From positions 1 to 64,000 of the IMG/VR virus record IMGVR_UViG_3300020473_002200: a stretch of DNA of 64,000 nt, one strand, 5' to 3'. Source of the DNA: a virus. The first letter of the stretch is position 1. Each line of letters starts with the position of its first letter. This document shows positions 10,429 to 23,300 of the stretch, piece by piece. A model generated the notes under the pieces. It saw only the letters and a program-made list of their open reading frames with translations, was not told the origin of the DNA and did no database searches. The position numbers and the translations under genes were made by a program.

Positions 10429-11537
10429 ATGGCATCAGTAAGAGATTCTGCTGAAGTAAAATTAATTGGCTTTGAGCAAGGTGTAAGTGTAAAAACAAAA
10501 GAGCAGCTATTGTCTCAAACAAGGGCCAGATTTCACCCATTAGCTAATCCAACTATTTCTATAACAAACAAGGTCGACAAAAATGCCACTGCGACATTAA
10601 GGGTAAAGAATATTCCAGCTGACCCCGGTGATGGAAACTATACTTTGCACCTACAATCACATAAGGGTTCCGCATATGACCTAAAAATACGCACAGTTGG
10701 TCAAACAACTGCAACGTCTGTTGTAACTGTGAACACTGGTGCGACAGTAAGTAATTTAAATAATCTAACAATTCAACTTACTGATTTTTACAAACCAAAT
10801 GCAATAACGACATATATCACTTTTACATTTTCTTCATCATCTACAAGGATTATTAGGAATTCCTCAACCTCCTGGAGTATAGGGTTAAATGGTGTTACCG
10901 GTGATGCTGCCGCTGTAAGGGCAGGAATAGCTGAACGTATCTATAACGCAATCTACAAAGCTCAACTAGACGGTGAATTAGATATTACCCCAGTTTTAGA
11001 TGGCCAAACAGTCAAACTAACACAAGATAACGCTGGTACTAGAGGTAATGCTAAACCCGGAGGATCTGCTTTATTAACGCCTTCTGCAAGCAGTAGCTAT
11101 ATTTCTATTCCAAATTTTACGGGTGGTACACTAGGCCTATCTAGAACATTAAACATAGGTAATCTTCGTCACCCTAAAGATGATACAGCTGTTGCTCTAG
11201 GCTTACTAGATCCGCCTGGTTATTATGTAGAGGAAAATGTGGGTGTTGGTGCTCCGTATGCTGACATAATCAATACTGACGCTCAAAAAATAAAAAGATT
11301 AACGTTTGACTTAAATAGAATCATAAATTATAATTCAAGATCTTTGTCTGCCGGAACTATATTACAATATAAGCAGAATCCAGCAGATGCACAGAAAATA
11401 ACATTGGTTTCTACCGATGGTACTTCTCGTATCTATGAAATAGACACAGGCAATGGTGTGTCTGGTGATAATATCGCAGTCACATTAGGTGCTACTCCAA
11501 ATGATACATACGCTAATTTAAAGTCTGCAATAGAAAG
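6619..11537 (+). repeat. Dispersed 32-nt direct repeat (31/32 identical) at 6619-6650 and 11506-11537
   Basis: ACATACGCTAA(C/T)TTAAAGTCTGCAATAGAAAG, encoding TYANLKSAIES in two different genes. Confidence 0.9.
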
Positions 11538-14355
11538 TCCAGCTGGTCATAGCGGTAAAATAACAGTATTCCACAACATCGGTGCTCCATACCCATCTGA
11601 TGGCGGCTCTTATGGTGAGTGGGATATAGGAGAAATTCATTTGACCCAACTCTCCGGTGGTACAGGTGGAAATAGGGCGATTACGCACGATCTAACAGGT
11701 CTTTATTACTCACCAGCATTCTCGGGTGGTGTGGATGGCACCGGTATAACATCTAAGATAATTTTAGACGATACTCTTTTTCTTGTTCAAGATCATCGTG
11801 ACCGACCTATTAGCGCCGGTTCATTTGTTTCTGGGATTAAATACGAAATACTGGCTGTTGGTAATACAAACTTTAAATCAATTGGTTCATCGCTAAATTT
11901 AGTGGGTACAAGTTTTACTGCCACAGGTCCTGGCACCGGCACTGGGACAGCAAGAGTGCATTTAGATTCAGCCATAGGTAAAAAAGCGAAACAGGTTGGA
12001 CTTGACTCTTCAGGCGCTGCGCAACAAGAGATCATTTTTGGTTTAGAAAATTGGAAGCTTGTTTCAAAAGATTCTGACGACTTTCTTTTTCATGATCTGC
12101 CAACAGCTCATAGGCAATGGGATTCTAGTAAAAGATCAACTAAAGTATTATTAAATTTTCCAGATTTACCAAATTTACGAACGTCTATCAAGAGACTTTT
12201 TATGACCATTGAATACACATTATTCAATGCAAATGTACCCACAGAGCCAACCAATAACCCTGAAACAATATCAAGAATCAAGTTTTACATTAATAATGGT
12301 ATAGATAATGATAAAAAGTTTGCAATTGTTTATAACTCGAAAGAAAGAGTGACAGAAGTATTAGTCAACCCATATAGCACTTCATTTGCACAATTAGCGT
12401 CAAACTATAGAGAAGACAATTTCGTTTTTTGCCTTCAATCTGCGCTAAATACGCTCACGGATAATGCGCCATTTAAGTTCGAACTAAAAGAAAAATTAGC
12501 TGCCAATTATGAATATTTCATAGAAATTACAGAGAAGGGACTTAAAACAACTTATTTTTCTGCATTTTGTGAACAAAATCTATCTGCTTTAACAAATAAT
12601 TCATTTATGGGTTTCTTTAGGGATAAAGACAGCTTTTTAGAGGGGTTTGAAGAAATTCTTATTCGTGATGGTGATGGATCGCAATCTATACCAGCTAAAA
12701 CAATATCGCTAATGCCAGATAGCGCACTATATAGCCCAAAGCTAGACGAAGCTTGGACTGAGCTTCAAAATAAAAAAGTTTATAGAGTTGGATTAAAAGA
12801 AGTATCCAGTATTAGCGATATAAAAGATAGGATATTTGATACGATTTGGCTAGCAAATAGTGAGGGTAACGTTGATATTACACCGTCAATGTCTGTAGCC
12901 ACCGCTAGAATAACTGTGCAAGATTCGCATTTAGCTCATGGGACGAGCGCACTATCAGATAGCATTACAATAAAATCGGCGTCTGGTGTTCAAAAGAAAT
13001 ATACTATTGTTCGTGGTGGATCTGGTGGCACCAGCGCAATTGCAACCGGTGAGGTTATTGTGGAGGGCTCAGCCGCTTATGCAGGACATACTGTTGGTTC
13101 TGGTCACGCTAGTATTGGATCGATCGCAGTAAATGTAAAGAACGCGTTCACTCGAAGAGACGTATTAAGAGAATTAATACTTGCAATAAATAGCAAAAAT
13201 GGTCATAATGGGGGAATTCCGAATAGCGTAATTAATGTTGGGGAAATTAATAAAACGGGTGATGATAATACAAAGACCCAACGAATATACTTAAAGCAAG
13301 TTGTTGCCGGATCTGGTGGTAACGAAACCATAACTAAGACTGCAATGAGCCTCTATGCTATTGAGGGTTTTTCTGGCGCTGATGATTATGTGTCTCGTAA
13401 TTCAATAAAGCTAACAACATCTCTGGCTCGCGGTTATCCATTCATGTTAACCAGAAATAAGGTTAATATTCCCAATGATGTACTCGTTTCTAGAAATATG
13501 TACACTTTGGATGATTTCTCTGCCCCTGTTTTTTCAATTGATTTAAGGGATGGTGCCGATAATAATTCATACTACATAAAGCCCAATCACGATGTAGAGG
13601 TTAGAAGTTTTGGTTTCGGTAAGAAAACAAACGATCTAAGGGTATTCGATGATCTTTCTATGAATGGCCCAAGGCTTCATTCTGGTGATTATCCAAAGAC
13701 GCTTGATATTGATCCTGTTTTTTACCTAACTGCCTCACCAGAAGTAAGATTTCCGATCCAGGTTAATAACTTGGGCAATGTATTGGGTTTCGAGTATGAT
13801 GGCGTTATCGAGCCTCTTGGCTTAAGAGAATTAATGCTGGGTAGGCTTGTAGCTGAATCTCCTATGAGGGGTCTTTCTGCTGAGATGGGGGGAAATTATA
13901 GTTTTTCCTCAATTAGAAAAGAAGCCGCGCTTATTCATAATAACATAACATTCGAGGAAGCAAAAAATGTTGCATTTTTTGATAATTGCCCATCAATCTC
14001 TGAAGTTATAAAGGGTGAAGGTTATACAACATACAGTTTTCGAGACCCAGCGGTCTCATCAGCTGCTAATAATGTTTTTTACGCTAGAATTCCTGGTATT
14101 ATTTTTAAGAATGAAGCTAAAATTCAGCCTTATATAGACACTGAGGAAAGGGTATTTCAGGCTAACCCTCTAAATGGTAATAACCCTGAAACAAATGAGA
14201 TGGATATGCTCGTATTACATGTGCAAGAGCTGAACCATAAAGATGATAGAAATCTAGGGGCAGAAAACTTTCGCCACAGAGCTGGTTTCGATTTTTCCTC
14301 TTCTCCTCATCCTGGGACTGACTCAATAGCTTTTGGTGGTTTACGATATGTTTGA
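10429..14355 (+). CDS. Large virion structural protein (baseplate/fibre-associated) with repeated inserted modules
   Basis: 1308-aa ORF with SD AGGAG at 10417-10421. It shares the ITL.S.DG...Y...TYANLKSAIES..GH..KIT...LTQ..G..GN..IT...FSGG module with the upstream gene. Confidence 0.7.
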   Translation: MASVRDSAEVKLIGFEQGVSVKTKEQLLSQTRARFHPLANPTISITNKVDKNATATLRVKNIPADPGDGNYTLHLQSHKGSAYDLKIRTVGQTTATSVVTVNTGATVSNLNNLTIQLTDFYKPNAITTYITFTFSSSSTRIIRNSSTSWSIGLNGVTGDAAAVRAGIAERIYNAIYKAQLDGELDITPVLDGQTVKLTQDNAGTRGNAKPGGSALLTPSASSSYISIPNFTGGTLGLSRTLNIGNLRHPKDDTAVALGLLDPPGYYVEENVGVGAPYADIINTDAQKIKRLTFDLNRIINYNSRSLSAGTILQYKQNPADAQKITLVSTDGTSRIYEIDTGNGVSGDNIAVTLGATPNDTYANLKSAIESPAGHSGKITVFHNIGAPYPSDGGSYGEWDIGEIHLTQLSGGTGGNRAITHDLTGLYYSPAFSGGVDGTGITSKIILDDTLFLVQDHRDRPISAGSFVSGIKYEILAVGNTNFKSIGSSLNLVGTSFTATGPGTGTGTARVHLDSAIGKKAKQVGLDSSGAAQQEIIFGLENWKLVSKDSDDFLFHDLPTAHRQWDSSKRSTKVLLNFPDLPNLRTSIKRLFMTIEYTLFNANVPTEPTNNPETISRIKFYINNGIDNDKKFAIVYNSKERVTEVLVNPYSTSFAQLASNYREDNFVFCLQSALNTLTDNAPFKFELKEKLAANYEYFIEITEKGLKTTYFSAFCEQNLSALTNNSFMGFFRDKDSFLEGFEEILIRDGDGSQSIPAKTISLMPDSALYSPKLDEAWTELQNKKVYRVGLKEVSSISDIKDRIFDTIWLANSEGNVDITPSMSVATARITVQDSHLAHGTSALSDSITIKSASGVQKKYTIVRGGSGGTSAIATGEVIVEGSAAYAGHTVGSGHASIGSIAVNVKNAFTRRDVLRELILAINSKNGHNGGIPNSVINVGEINKTGDDNTKTQRIYLKQVVAGSGGNETITKTAMSLYAIEGFSGADDYVSRNSIKLTTSLARGYPFMLTRNKVNIPNDVLVSRNMYTLDDFSAPVFSIDLRDGADNNSYYIKPNHDVEVRSFGFGKKTNDLRVFDDLSMNGPRLHSGDYPKTLDIDPVFYLTASPEVRFPIQVNNLGNVLGFEYDGVIEPLGLRELMLGRLVAESPMRGLSAEMGGNYSFSSIRKEAALIHNNITFEEAKNVAFFDNCPSISEVIKGEGYTTYSFRDPAVSSAANNVFYARIPGIIFKNEAKIQPYIDTEERVFQANPLNGNNPETNEMDMLVLHVQELNHKDDRNLGAENFRHRAGFDFSSSPHPGTDSIAFGGLRYV

Positions 14356-17300
14356 TAGCAGAAAAAAAAGAATTATACCAGATTTATTATCTGATATACA
14401 ACATAGGAGTGGCAGAATAAACCTCAGTAAAGATGTCATTGCGAATTTTGTATTTGATAGAATCACTGACGATGTTGTTGCAAATCGCTATCTTGAAGAA
14501 GACGGCTTAAACGATTTAATTTTCATTAATGAAAAATTTCTAAAAATTGAAGGCGTTAATAATAAGTTGATTAGCGGCGCTTCCGGTTCTGATGGCACTT
14601 TTTCTAGGAAGGAAGTAGATCCAGCAAGCCCACCTGCATCAATAGAAAATACAGCTATAGAATATTCTTCTTTTCTTACTAATTCATCTCCATTTAAAAA
14701 TAAGTCGATTACTTTAGGCGATAAGACATTCGCTGCAAATTATTATTTCTCTTATAGGCCCGAAAATTATAGTTCTAAAATATTAACAAGGTATAATGCA
14801 AGATCATTATCTATTGGGACATCTTCTCCACATATAGCAAAGATTTCTATTAGTGGATCTGTGCCTTTTCATAGAAATGAGATATCCGGTTCGAGATTGT
14901 CAATAACTGTCCCTCAGATAGGTGAATCAAATGTAACTAAAAATTACACCCCACTATTTTTTGAAGAGCGACAAGAGAAGGCGTTTCAAAGTCTGGTTTT
15001 ACGAAGCGGGATTTCTGCAAATAGTGGCGATTTTTTTGGTCTATCTAATGGTAGAAAAGCTGATTTCGAAATTTCTATTGCTGATTTTAAGATTTCTCCT
15101 ACAAGAAAGAGGTACAAGATAGATCCTGTTGCGACCACTATATTCGCCACTGGATCGTATTCAACGGCTTATCCTAATACAACAATTATTCCTAACGCTG
15201 GGTATGATTTAGCTAATCGATTTAACTACTACGCTTCTGGCTCAACAGAATCAGGTGATCCAACAACTCCCACATCCTATGAGAGAGTGTACGCTTCAGG
15301 TAGCTTGGATCTAATAAGCGATTCTAAGCTTTGGATTGGTAATTTTGTTGACGCTACTCCAGCTAATTCTGGGTCGGCTTCGGTAACATTTGCATTTCAG
15401 GATACTCCTGATGACAGTAATACGTTCACTACTCAATTGATAGATGGATTATACAGGAATACCTTCGATACCTCTAGGGATTCTAGCCAAAGGTTATATA
15501 TGGGCCATGCGAATCAATGGGCCGGCCTCACTGGCGCATCTTCAGGTGGTAAAAGTACATTTTCTTGTTGGGTAAAACCGGTAAAGGCCCAAGGTCATAC
15601 AAATGATCATGTTATTTTTTCATCGCAAGACGATAACTACTTAATAAGCATACCTGATAGCGGTAAGATTAAATTTACTAGAAATTTTTCAAGTAGTACA
15701 GCGTATACTGTAGAAACTGAAAAGCGTGCATTTAGTGTTACGAGTAGTAGTTCTAATAGGTTCGAGAGCGCACAGTGGACGCACATCTGTGTAACCTATA
15801 ACGGCCCCGCGTATAATGGGACAGCAGCTGTATATATAAATGGTATGCCTGTTGCTATGGCAGCCGCCAGCGCTACTCCAGCTTCAGATAAAACAATAGT
15901 CACCGTGACAGGTACTGATAATGGTGATGGGGCCACCTTAGGAGATAAACCCGGTGGCACGCGAGGATTATACGGCCAATACGCTGATGTAGGTTTCTGG
16001 AATAGGGTCTTAACAGCTGACGAAATTTATGAGTTATATTCTAGACCATTAGCTAACTATAAATCTAGCACAAATTTACAGCTCCACGCTCAACTAACTG
16101 ATCCTATAACAAAGAAAGGCGCTGCAGCAGTAAGTCCGTCTTATTTTATTAATTCGACTATAGGAAAGCTCACGGATAACGAAATAGGGTCTAGAACTTA
16201 TTCTGCATACACGTTTTCTGGTGAAGATGATCGAATTGATATTGGCAAAGTCTCTGTGTGGGACGCAAAGATCGGTGATGCATCTGGATCGACAAAGAAA
16301 ATAACATTATCAGCATGGGTTTACCAAAAGGGGGATTCACCAACCAGCAATAGGATCATCACATTTGGCGCTAATAATGTGATACTTTATACGCATGATA
16401 ACTCTCCCAACAATGATGGCCCATGGGATCTTAGGTTTTATTTAAATTCAGGAGGCCCAGATCAGGGAGGGGCTGGTACAGGTGGCGCTTGGTCTGCTTG
16501 GGCAGCAAATAAATATCATTACTGGAAAGTCGACGATGCAATTACAAAAAATACATGGCACCATGTTGCTGTTACATATGATGCAAACACAAATACTTCG
16601 GCTCCAGTATTCTATGTTGATGGTGTGCGTAAAACCACTGCAGCTGGTGGTAGTGATCACAGTATTGGTTCTCAATCAAGCTGGGGTAATTGGCAAGGTC
16701 TTGTCAATATTGACAAGTACAACTACGGGAAATTAGTAAACGGTATCCCCAGACCGGTTCCATTAGGTCCTAACGTTCTTAATAGCTATTTATTAACTAA
16801 TACTGCAACAAATATATCTGTAGGTAGCAACGGTAATCTTACATTCAATTCAAACACTCTTGCTGCCGCATTCGCTGCCGTATTCCCAGTTGGGTCCATT
16901 GTCAGGCTTCAGAATCCAACATTGACAGCAGATTTTATAGTTGGTACATATTCTTCTGGTGCAACAGTGCCGTTCACAGCGTCAGTAAAAGTTACAGGTA
17001 GTGGCACTACATTGTCTCTAAATACCGTCACATTAATGCAAGAAGTTTTAGAACAATCCTGCCATATCGGAAATGCAACCAATAATAGCAAGTTTTTTAA
17101 TGGCTTGATCGCAGAAGTCGCAGTTTGGAACTCAATACTAACAGACTCAGAGGTATTTGCCGTCTATTCTGCAACTCAATTTGCTCATGATAATTCTCTT
17201 ACTACAGTTGCGGATAACTTGGTTAATACTATAAATTCAGATACTAGCTTAGATATCAAGGCAATAAAACATCAAGGGAATAAAACTTCTGCAAATATAA

Positions 17301-20300
17301 CACTACAGCAAGAGTTAGGTCTGGCGCAAGTTAAATCTGGGCTTACGAGTAGCGTATTACTACCACATTTAACCCAAAGCTCATGTGGTATTCGCTATCC
17401 CAACGCTGGTAGAAGATCTACTGCACCCGCATCTTTTTCTAATGCAAAGCCCATAACTAATTTGTTTATTGATGATCACCGGATACCAACGGGCAAACAA
17501 TTAAAGATTACTGATCATAGTAATAATACGATCACATTTACTTTTGATAATACACAGGCTGCAAATTACATAACATCTGGCGATGGGACAATTCATGGAA
17601 CTACACCCACTTTGGGGCTGCAAAACGTAACATCTTCAGAAGGGCTAAGAGATGTATTGGTAAACGCTTTTAGTGTAAAATATTCAAACACTATAACTAC
17701 ATCATCTATTGAGTTTGGAAATAACTTACGTCTCTCAGCAAGACCAAAACAGCGTATTACAATAGAGTGTCCGTCCCTTTCTGACGCAAAAGATAAAAAG
17801 CTTCACTTAGTAGACACAAAAGGAAACAAGTATAAGCTCGAAATAACTGATTCATCATCTGCTTCTGTCACCAGCGGATACACAGCAGTCCGAGTTGCGA
17901 ACGCAAAGACTGTCACATTTTCTGGTAATTTTGGTAGCTCTAACATTGGCGCTGGCGATGTATTAACGATTGCTGATGGTTCTTCTACTGTAAATTATAC
18001 AACGGAAACTACTAGCAACGCAGATGCTACAAACGCAGACAAAATAGGCGTAGGATCTAATAGGGCTGCCACTGCAGTTGTCGATGAATTTGTTAAAAAA
18101 ATAAACGCTAGTAATCTAGGAATTGTTGCAATTGATGTAGGCGGTACTGCAACTTCTGCAAGTATGATTCTTCAACCTATTACAAACAAGTCTTCAGGCG
18201 CATTAAGGACCATTACTATTACCGAGGACGGAAGTGGGAACAATGTATTCGGCGGATCTGCTGATTTTTGCACTATTACAAATACTGATGCAACGACGCT
18301 TTCTGATCAAAGAGTGGCTGCAGCATTAGAAGATATAATTGAACATCTTCCATTGTCGACAATTTCCGATCCATATACCGGACAATATTCATCCTTTAAC
18401 TCTTTTGTCAATGGAAAACTAATAACAGTAATTCAGACAGCTTTTGGATCACCATTTTTCCCAACTGAAGTTGTAGACGCTACTGCCCCTGGTGTATTTA
18501 CAATAAATCCGGAACTTACTGGTGAAGAAGATGAAGCAGGATTACAAGTAGAGGGCTCAGCTATTAGCGATGGCTATATCGGCACAGTCTTCAGTGCTTA
18601 CGAATTTTCAAATCCGAAATATAATATTCCAGACAATGGCCAACCATTAGCGTTGGGTTCGTATGATGGTATTGGTCTTGTTGGGGCGAATGACCCCAGG
18701 CTTGGGGATGTGGTCGTTAGGTATCAAAAAGACTTTAATTATTTAGGCTTTTTTGATAATTTGAAAGATGCGATCTCTAATCCTAGAAAAGCCGGGCATG
18801 GTGCACCAACAAGAAGTAATTCTTTGTCTAGCACATGGGGATCAATTTCAGCACCTTCTACTTTTGGAGCAGCCTCGATATCTCTTCAAGTAAGTAGCAA
18901 TTTTGGCACTAGCTACTCCGCGGGCCAAAAGTTTTACTTCACATTTAGGGGAGGCGCAGAGTATGTTTATACGGCTAATAGTAACATATCAAATAGTGAC
19001 AATACTGCTGCGTTAACTTTGGACGCCGTCAACTCTACGACAACTAGCACCCTAAACAAAACAGCAGTAAGTGCATACGGTACTTTTGCTCCTAAGCAAA
19101 TAATTGGTGCCGCGGTCTTAGGTCCAACTGCTCCTCGCAAATTGCATGGCGAGATATTAAGAGAAAGCGAAATTACGCTTTTATTAAGAAATTCTGATGC
19201 CTATACGCCAGCTGATCAAGCGGCTGGTGTGAAGATTACGTTCAATGGCAATTTTGGAATGGGTTCTTTCGGCACTGCTCCAGATCCAAATGCTGGCAAT
19301 GGCTCGCTAAGGATTAGCGATGGCACAAAGAGCGTTGACATTATTGGCTTAGATTATAGTAACTCACCCGGAACCTTTGTGCTGGTTATAGAGGCTGCTG
19401 CAACGAAAACAAATCTACATAGTAAGACATTCGACATTGCAGATTCAAGTAATACACAAGTACAGTTTAGGTTCGATAATACTGTCTCTACTACATCTGG
19501 CGTAGTTATTGGTTTGCAAAACGCTGACAATGTTAAGACAATAGCTACTAGAATAAGAACGACCATTGCAAATCATTCGTTTAATATTTACGCCTCCGAC
19601 GAATCTTCGAGTGCTGGTAATGACGCTCGTCATATAATCAGTTTAACTTCTACTAATACTACGACAACTTTTACGTCAACTGCTTCTACTAGTCATTTTC
19701 TTCATAAATTAGGTGTAGGCGCTGGTGGAGATAATGCGGCTAGTTCAGTCGTCAGTGAGCTAGTTTCAAAAATAAACGCTATATCGTGGCTAAACGTTAC
19801 TGCTGCTGTTGTGACAGGTAACACTTCGGAAAACGCTTCTTTGACTTTGACACACTCGGACGCCGGCACAGTAACCGTAACAGAAGATCCGGACTCTACG
19901 AATAGTAATTCAGGCGCTTCAGGTCATTTTGGCGGGTCTTCTGGTTTTACTACGCTGGTATCAACTCCGGCTTCTCAAGGAATATCAGGATTGGTAACGT
20001 TTACGTCTGGCTCTGTTGATATGACTTCAAAAATAAAGACCTTATCAGTAAATAAGTTTTCTGGTGGGTTTCAAAAAGCCGCATTAATGACTCAAGGCTA
20101 CGCAGGACTTGCAGCAAGAGGCCCTAAGACAATAATCACTCGTATTTATAATAACGAAACCAGCTCTACAGGCGTAATCTTTACTCTATCTGGGGACTTA
20201 AAGAGCAGGTATTACCTATTAGCAGATCAAGGGAAATTTGAATTTCGTTTACGCCCTCTAGGCGCTAGCTCTAATTCTGTATACTGGAAGGCGATTATTG

Positions 20301-23300
20301 AAAGACCGTCGTCGATACCAAAAGACAAATGGTATACTCTATTTATTGTTTTTGATGAAGCTTCCTTTGAAAGAAGCGATTCTGCTAATTACATAGCACT
20401 TTATGATGTTGAGAATCATGGAGCGATGGTAGCGTATGCGAACTTCGTCCCTAATGATGCTGCACCAGAGGGTGTGCAGTCAGCTGAAAACAATTTATCT
20501 GACGGAATAGAGAGGCCTAGATTATTTATTGGGTACGGAAATAAAGACTCTGGTGGTTTGGCAACAAATTTCGGAACTTCTCCGCAATTGCCAGCGAATG
20601 AAGCAAGCTTCTATAATAACTTCTACCTCGCAGAGTTAAGCATTTTAAAGAAGCGCCTATCACTGGACGAGGCCGACAAAATTGCTGAGTCACATCTGGT
20701 ATTGAGGACTAAGTCGGGTTTTAGGACTGATTTACCAAAAAAAGCACTCCATGAAAAATTCCAGCAAAATAATATCATAGAAGGAGATTTCACTCCGTTC
20801 GTAGAAAGCTCAAAAACAACAGAGGATTTAGTTACTGGTGACGTCACCTATCCTCACATGATGTCAGCGGGTACCACTGGTTCTATTGTATTCACATTTA
20901 CTGATGTCCCTGCCGATAATTCGGGATTTAGTATTAGATTGCCTAATGGGAAAGACTTCCAAGTAATTTTTGACTCTTCTTCGACAGTTATAGATGGGTT
21001 TACACTGGACACAGCAACTTCTGTCATAACTGATTCGAATAATATTCGTGCTTATAATTCTGCACAAACTCGATTTAAGTGCGGAATAGAGGGGTTAATT
21101 TCTAGAACGGCAATTGTGGATCAACTGCAAAAGCTTATTAAAAATATAAATAGATATTCCGGTATCCCAGTTCAGGCATCTCGTACATCATTTAACGCTA
21201 TAAAGCTAGAATGTCAAGATCCTGGTTCATTTAATACAGAATATAACGCTGCATCAAAAGTTGTCACATTTAATAACACATTTGATGAAGATAATATCTT
21301 GGCTGGTAATATACTACAAATAATAGATTCTAGAGATGTTAGTATTACATACACAACTATATCGACCTCTGGGGGCAGTACGCCATGGGCTTCTGGCAAT
21401 TCTCAAAAGATCGGTGTGGCGCCAGGTAGGCCAGCGACCTTCGCCGTTGATGAATTAGTCTCGAAAATAAACGCAGTTTCTTCATACGAAGTATCAGCTT
21501 ATGATTTGGGCGGATCAACCACTAGGGCTAGTATGCTATTGGTTCCTGATCAGGATAAGGAAGTTAAGGTAATTGAGATATATAGTCGATATGGTAACAG
21601 AGACGATTTCACTATAGTTACCAACGCTCCTACATCATTATGCGTTGTGTCTAATAGCCCGGCTTCGAACATAGTAGTGTCAGATGATAAATTGTCTGGT
21701 CAGATTTTTCGTAATTCAAAATTAGAAGATTTTTCTTCAACATCTAGACACAATTCGATTAACACTGGGGCTAAAGCGCTTGAAGATGTAAAGGCGACAA
21801 TAAAGTGTAACGCTGCACCTCTTACGACATTCATTAATAATTCCAGCGTCACTGTTGAATATCTCAATAGGGTTTTAAATGATGATAGGCTTGACAACGA
21901 TATTCCACAACAGATAGTCGACGTACAAAATCTATCTCGCGGAATAAAGGACACAACTATTCCTCGTCGGCCTATCATAAAGTTTAAGATTCAAAATATA
22001 GAATATGTGGCTAGATTAGATAGTAAGCTGCAGTTAGCAGAGTCTAATAAATTCAATATAGGGGTTTCTGATGTTAATTCTAATTCAACATTGGCTACTT
22101 CTGTTGCTAATTCAATATCTGACGCCGTTGCTAAAGATAATTTGGGCTTAGTCGTAAGTGTTAACGATGATACAATTACTTTAAATCCGAATAATAAAGA
22201 TTCAAGTCTAAGTAGGGTCAACTTTCTAGGCGATGGTATTGGATCAATTTCCGAAGGCTTTATGTTCGAAACTTCAGGGTTTAATTTAATGTTAAATCCA
22301 GAAATGACAACTGACGCTAGAGAAAGTCTAACAATCCGAAAAACCACGTCATCTAGTAAGCCGTTCTTAGATGATGATAGGATGAATTTAGGTTTAGCAT
22401 TTTTTGCTAAAGGTTCAGCACTTTCAGGTTCCGCTAGCAGATTTATGGCAGCCACGCGTAATAGAGTTAGAATAGAGATTGACATTAACCCTGTTGAAAA
22501 AACTACTTTAGGATTCACTACTGGTTCTGGGACATCTGTCACAGATGGTTTTTCTGCTGGCAACTATAATCCGATGGGTTATTTTAATTTTTCTTCAAAA
22601 AAGTGGGAATCAATTTCGCCAACATTTTCTCCTAAGATTGAAACAAAAAAGGATGCAAATGAAGAAGGTCAAACCCGAGACCAAGCTATCAATGATGCCG
22701 TTTCTGATTTTCAAGCTTCTGCGCCCATCGGGTTTGGCGGGACTTACGGCTTTTCTATTCATCGAAAAGACACTTCTGATCACGCTTATGCTTGTATCAC
22801 TCATGTAAGCTCTAGCAATTTCGCCCTTACTGCGACAGGAGTAGTATCGAAGGTTGTAAAACTTAATGAAAGAATTAGGCTTACATCTACATCTGGTAGG
22901 GAAGTTGACTATATCATAACCAATAAGTCGGGCATAGGTTCGGGGGATGCTTTAACAGAGTCAACGAATATTAGCGATGATAATAAAAAACCTTTTACAT
23001 CTGCTAGAGATGGTGCTCGCGCGATAAATCTAGACTTAGATAACGGGAACCTAACATTTACAACATTTATGATAAACCTATCAGTAGCAATAAGCCGCGG
23101 TCACTCTGGTCATATTGAAGCAGAGCCACTTTGGCCTGATTTATCTAGCACTTTTGGTGCAATAACTAGCCCGGCTGACAGCACAAATATTCAGGGCTCG
23201 GGTTTAACGTTAACTTTTACAAATCCATTAGGTCGAGCGTACAAGGTGGGAGATAAATTTTATTTTCACGATACCAATGGCAACTACACCATCGTAACGC

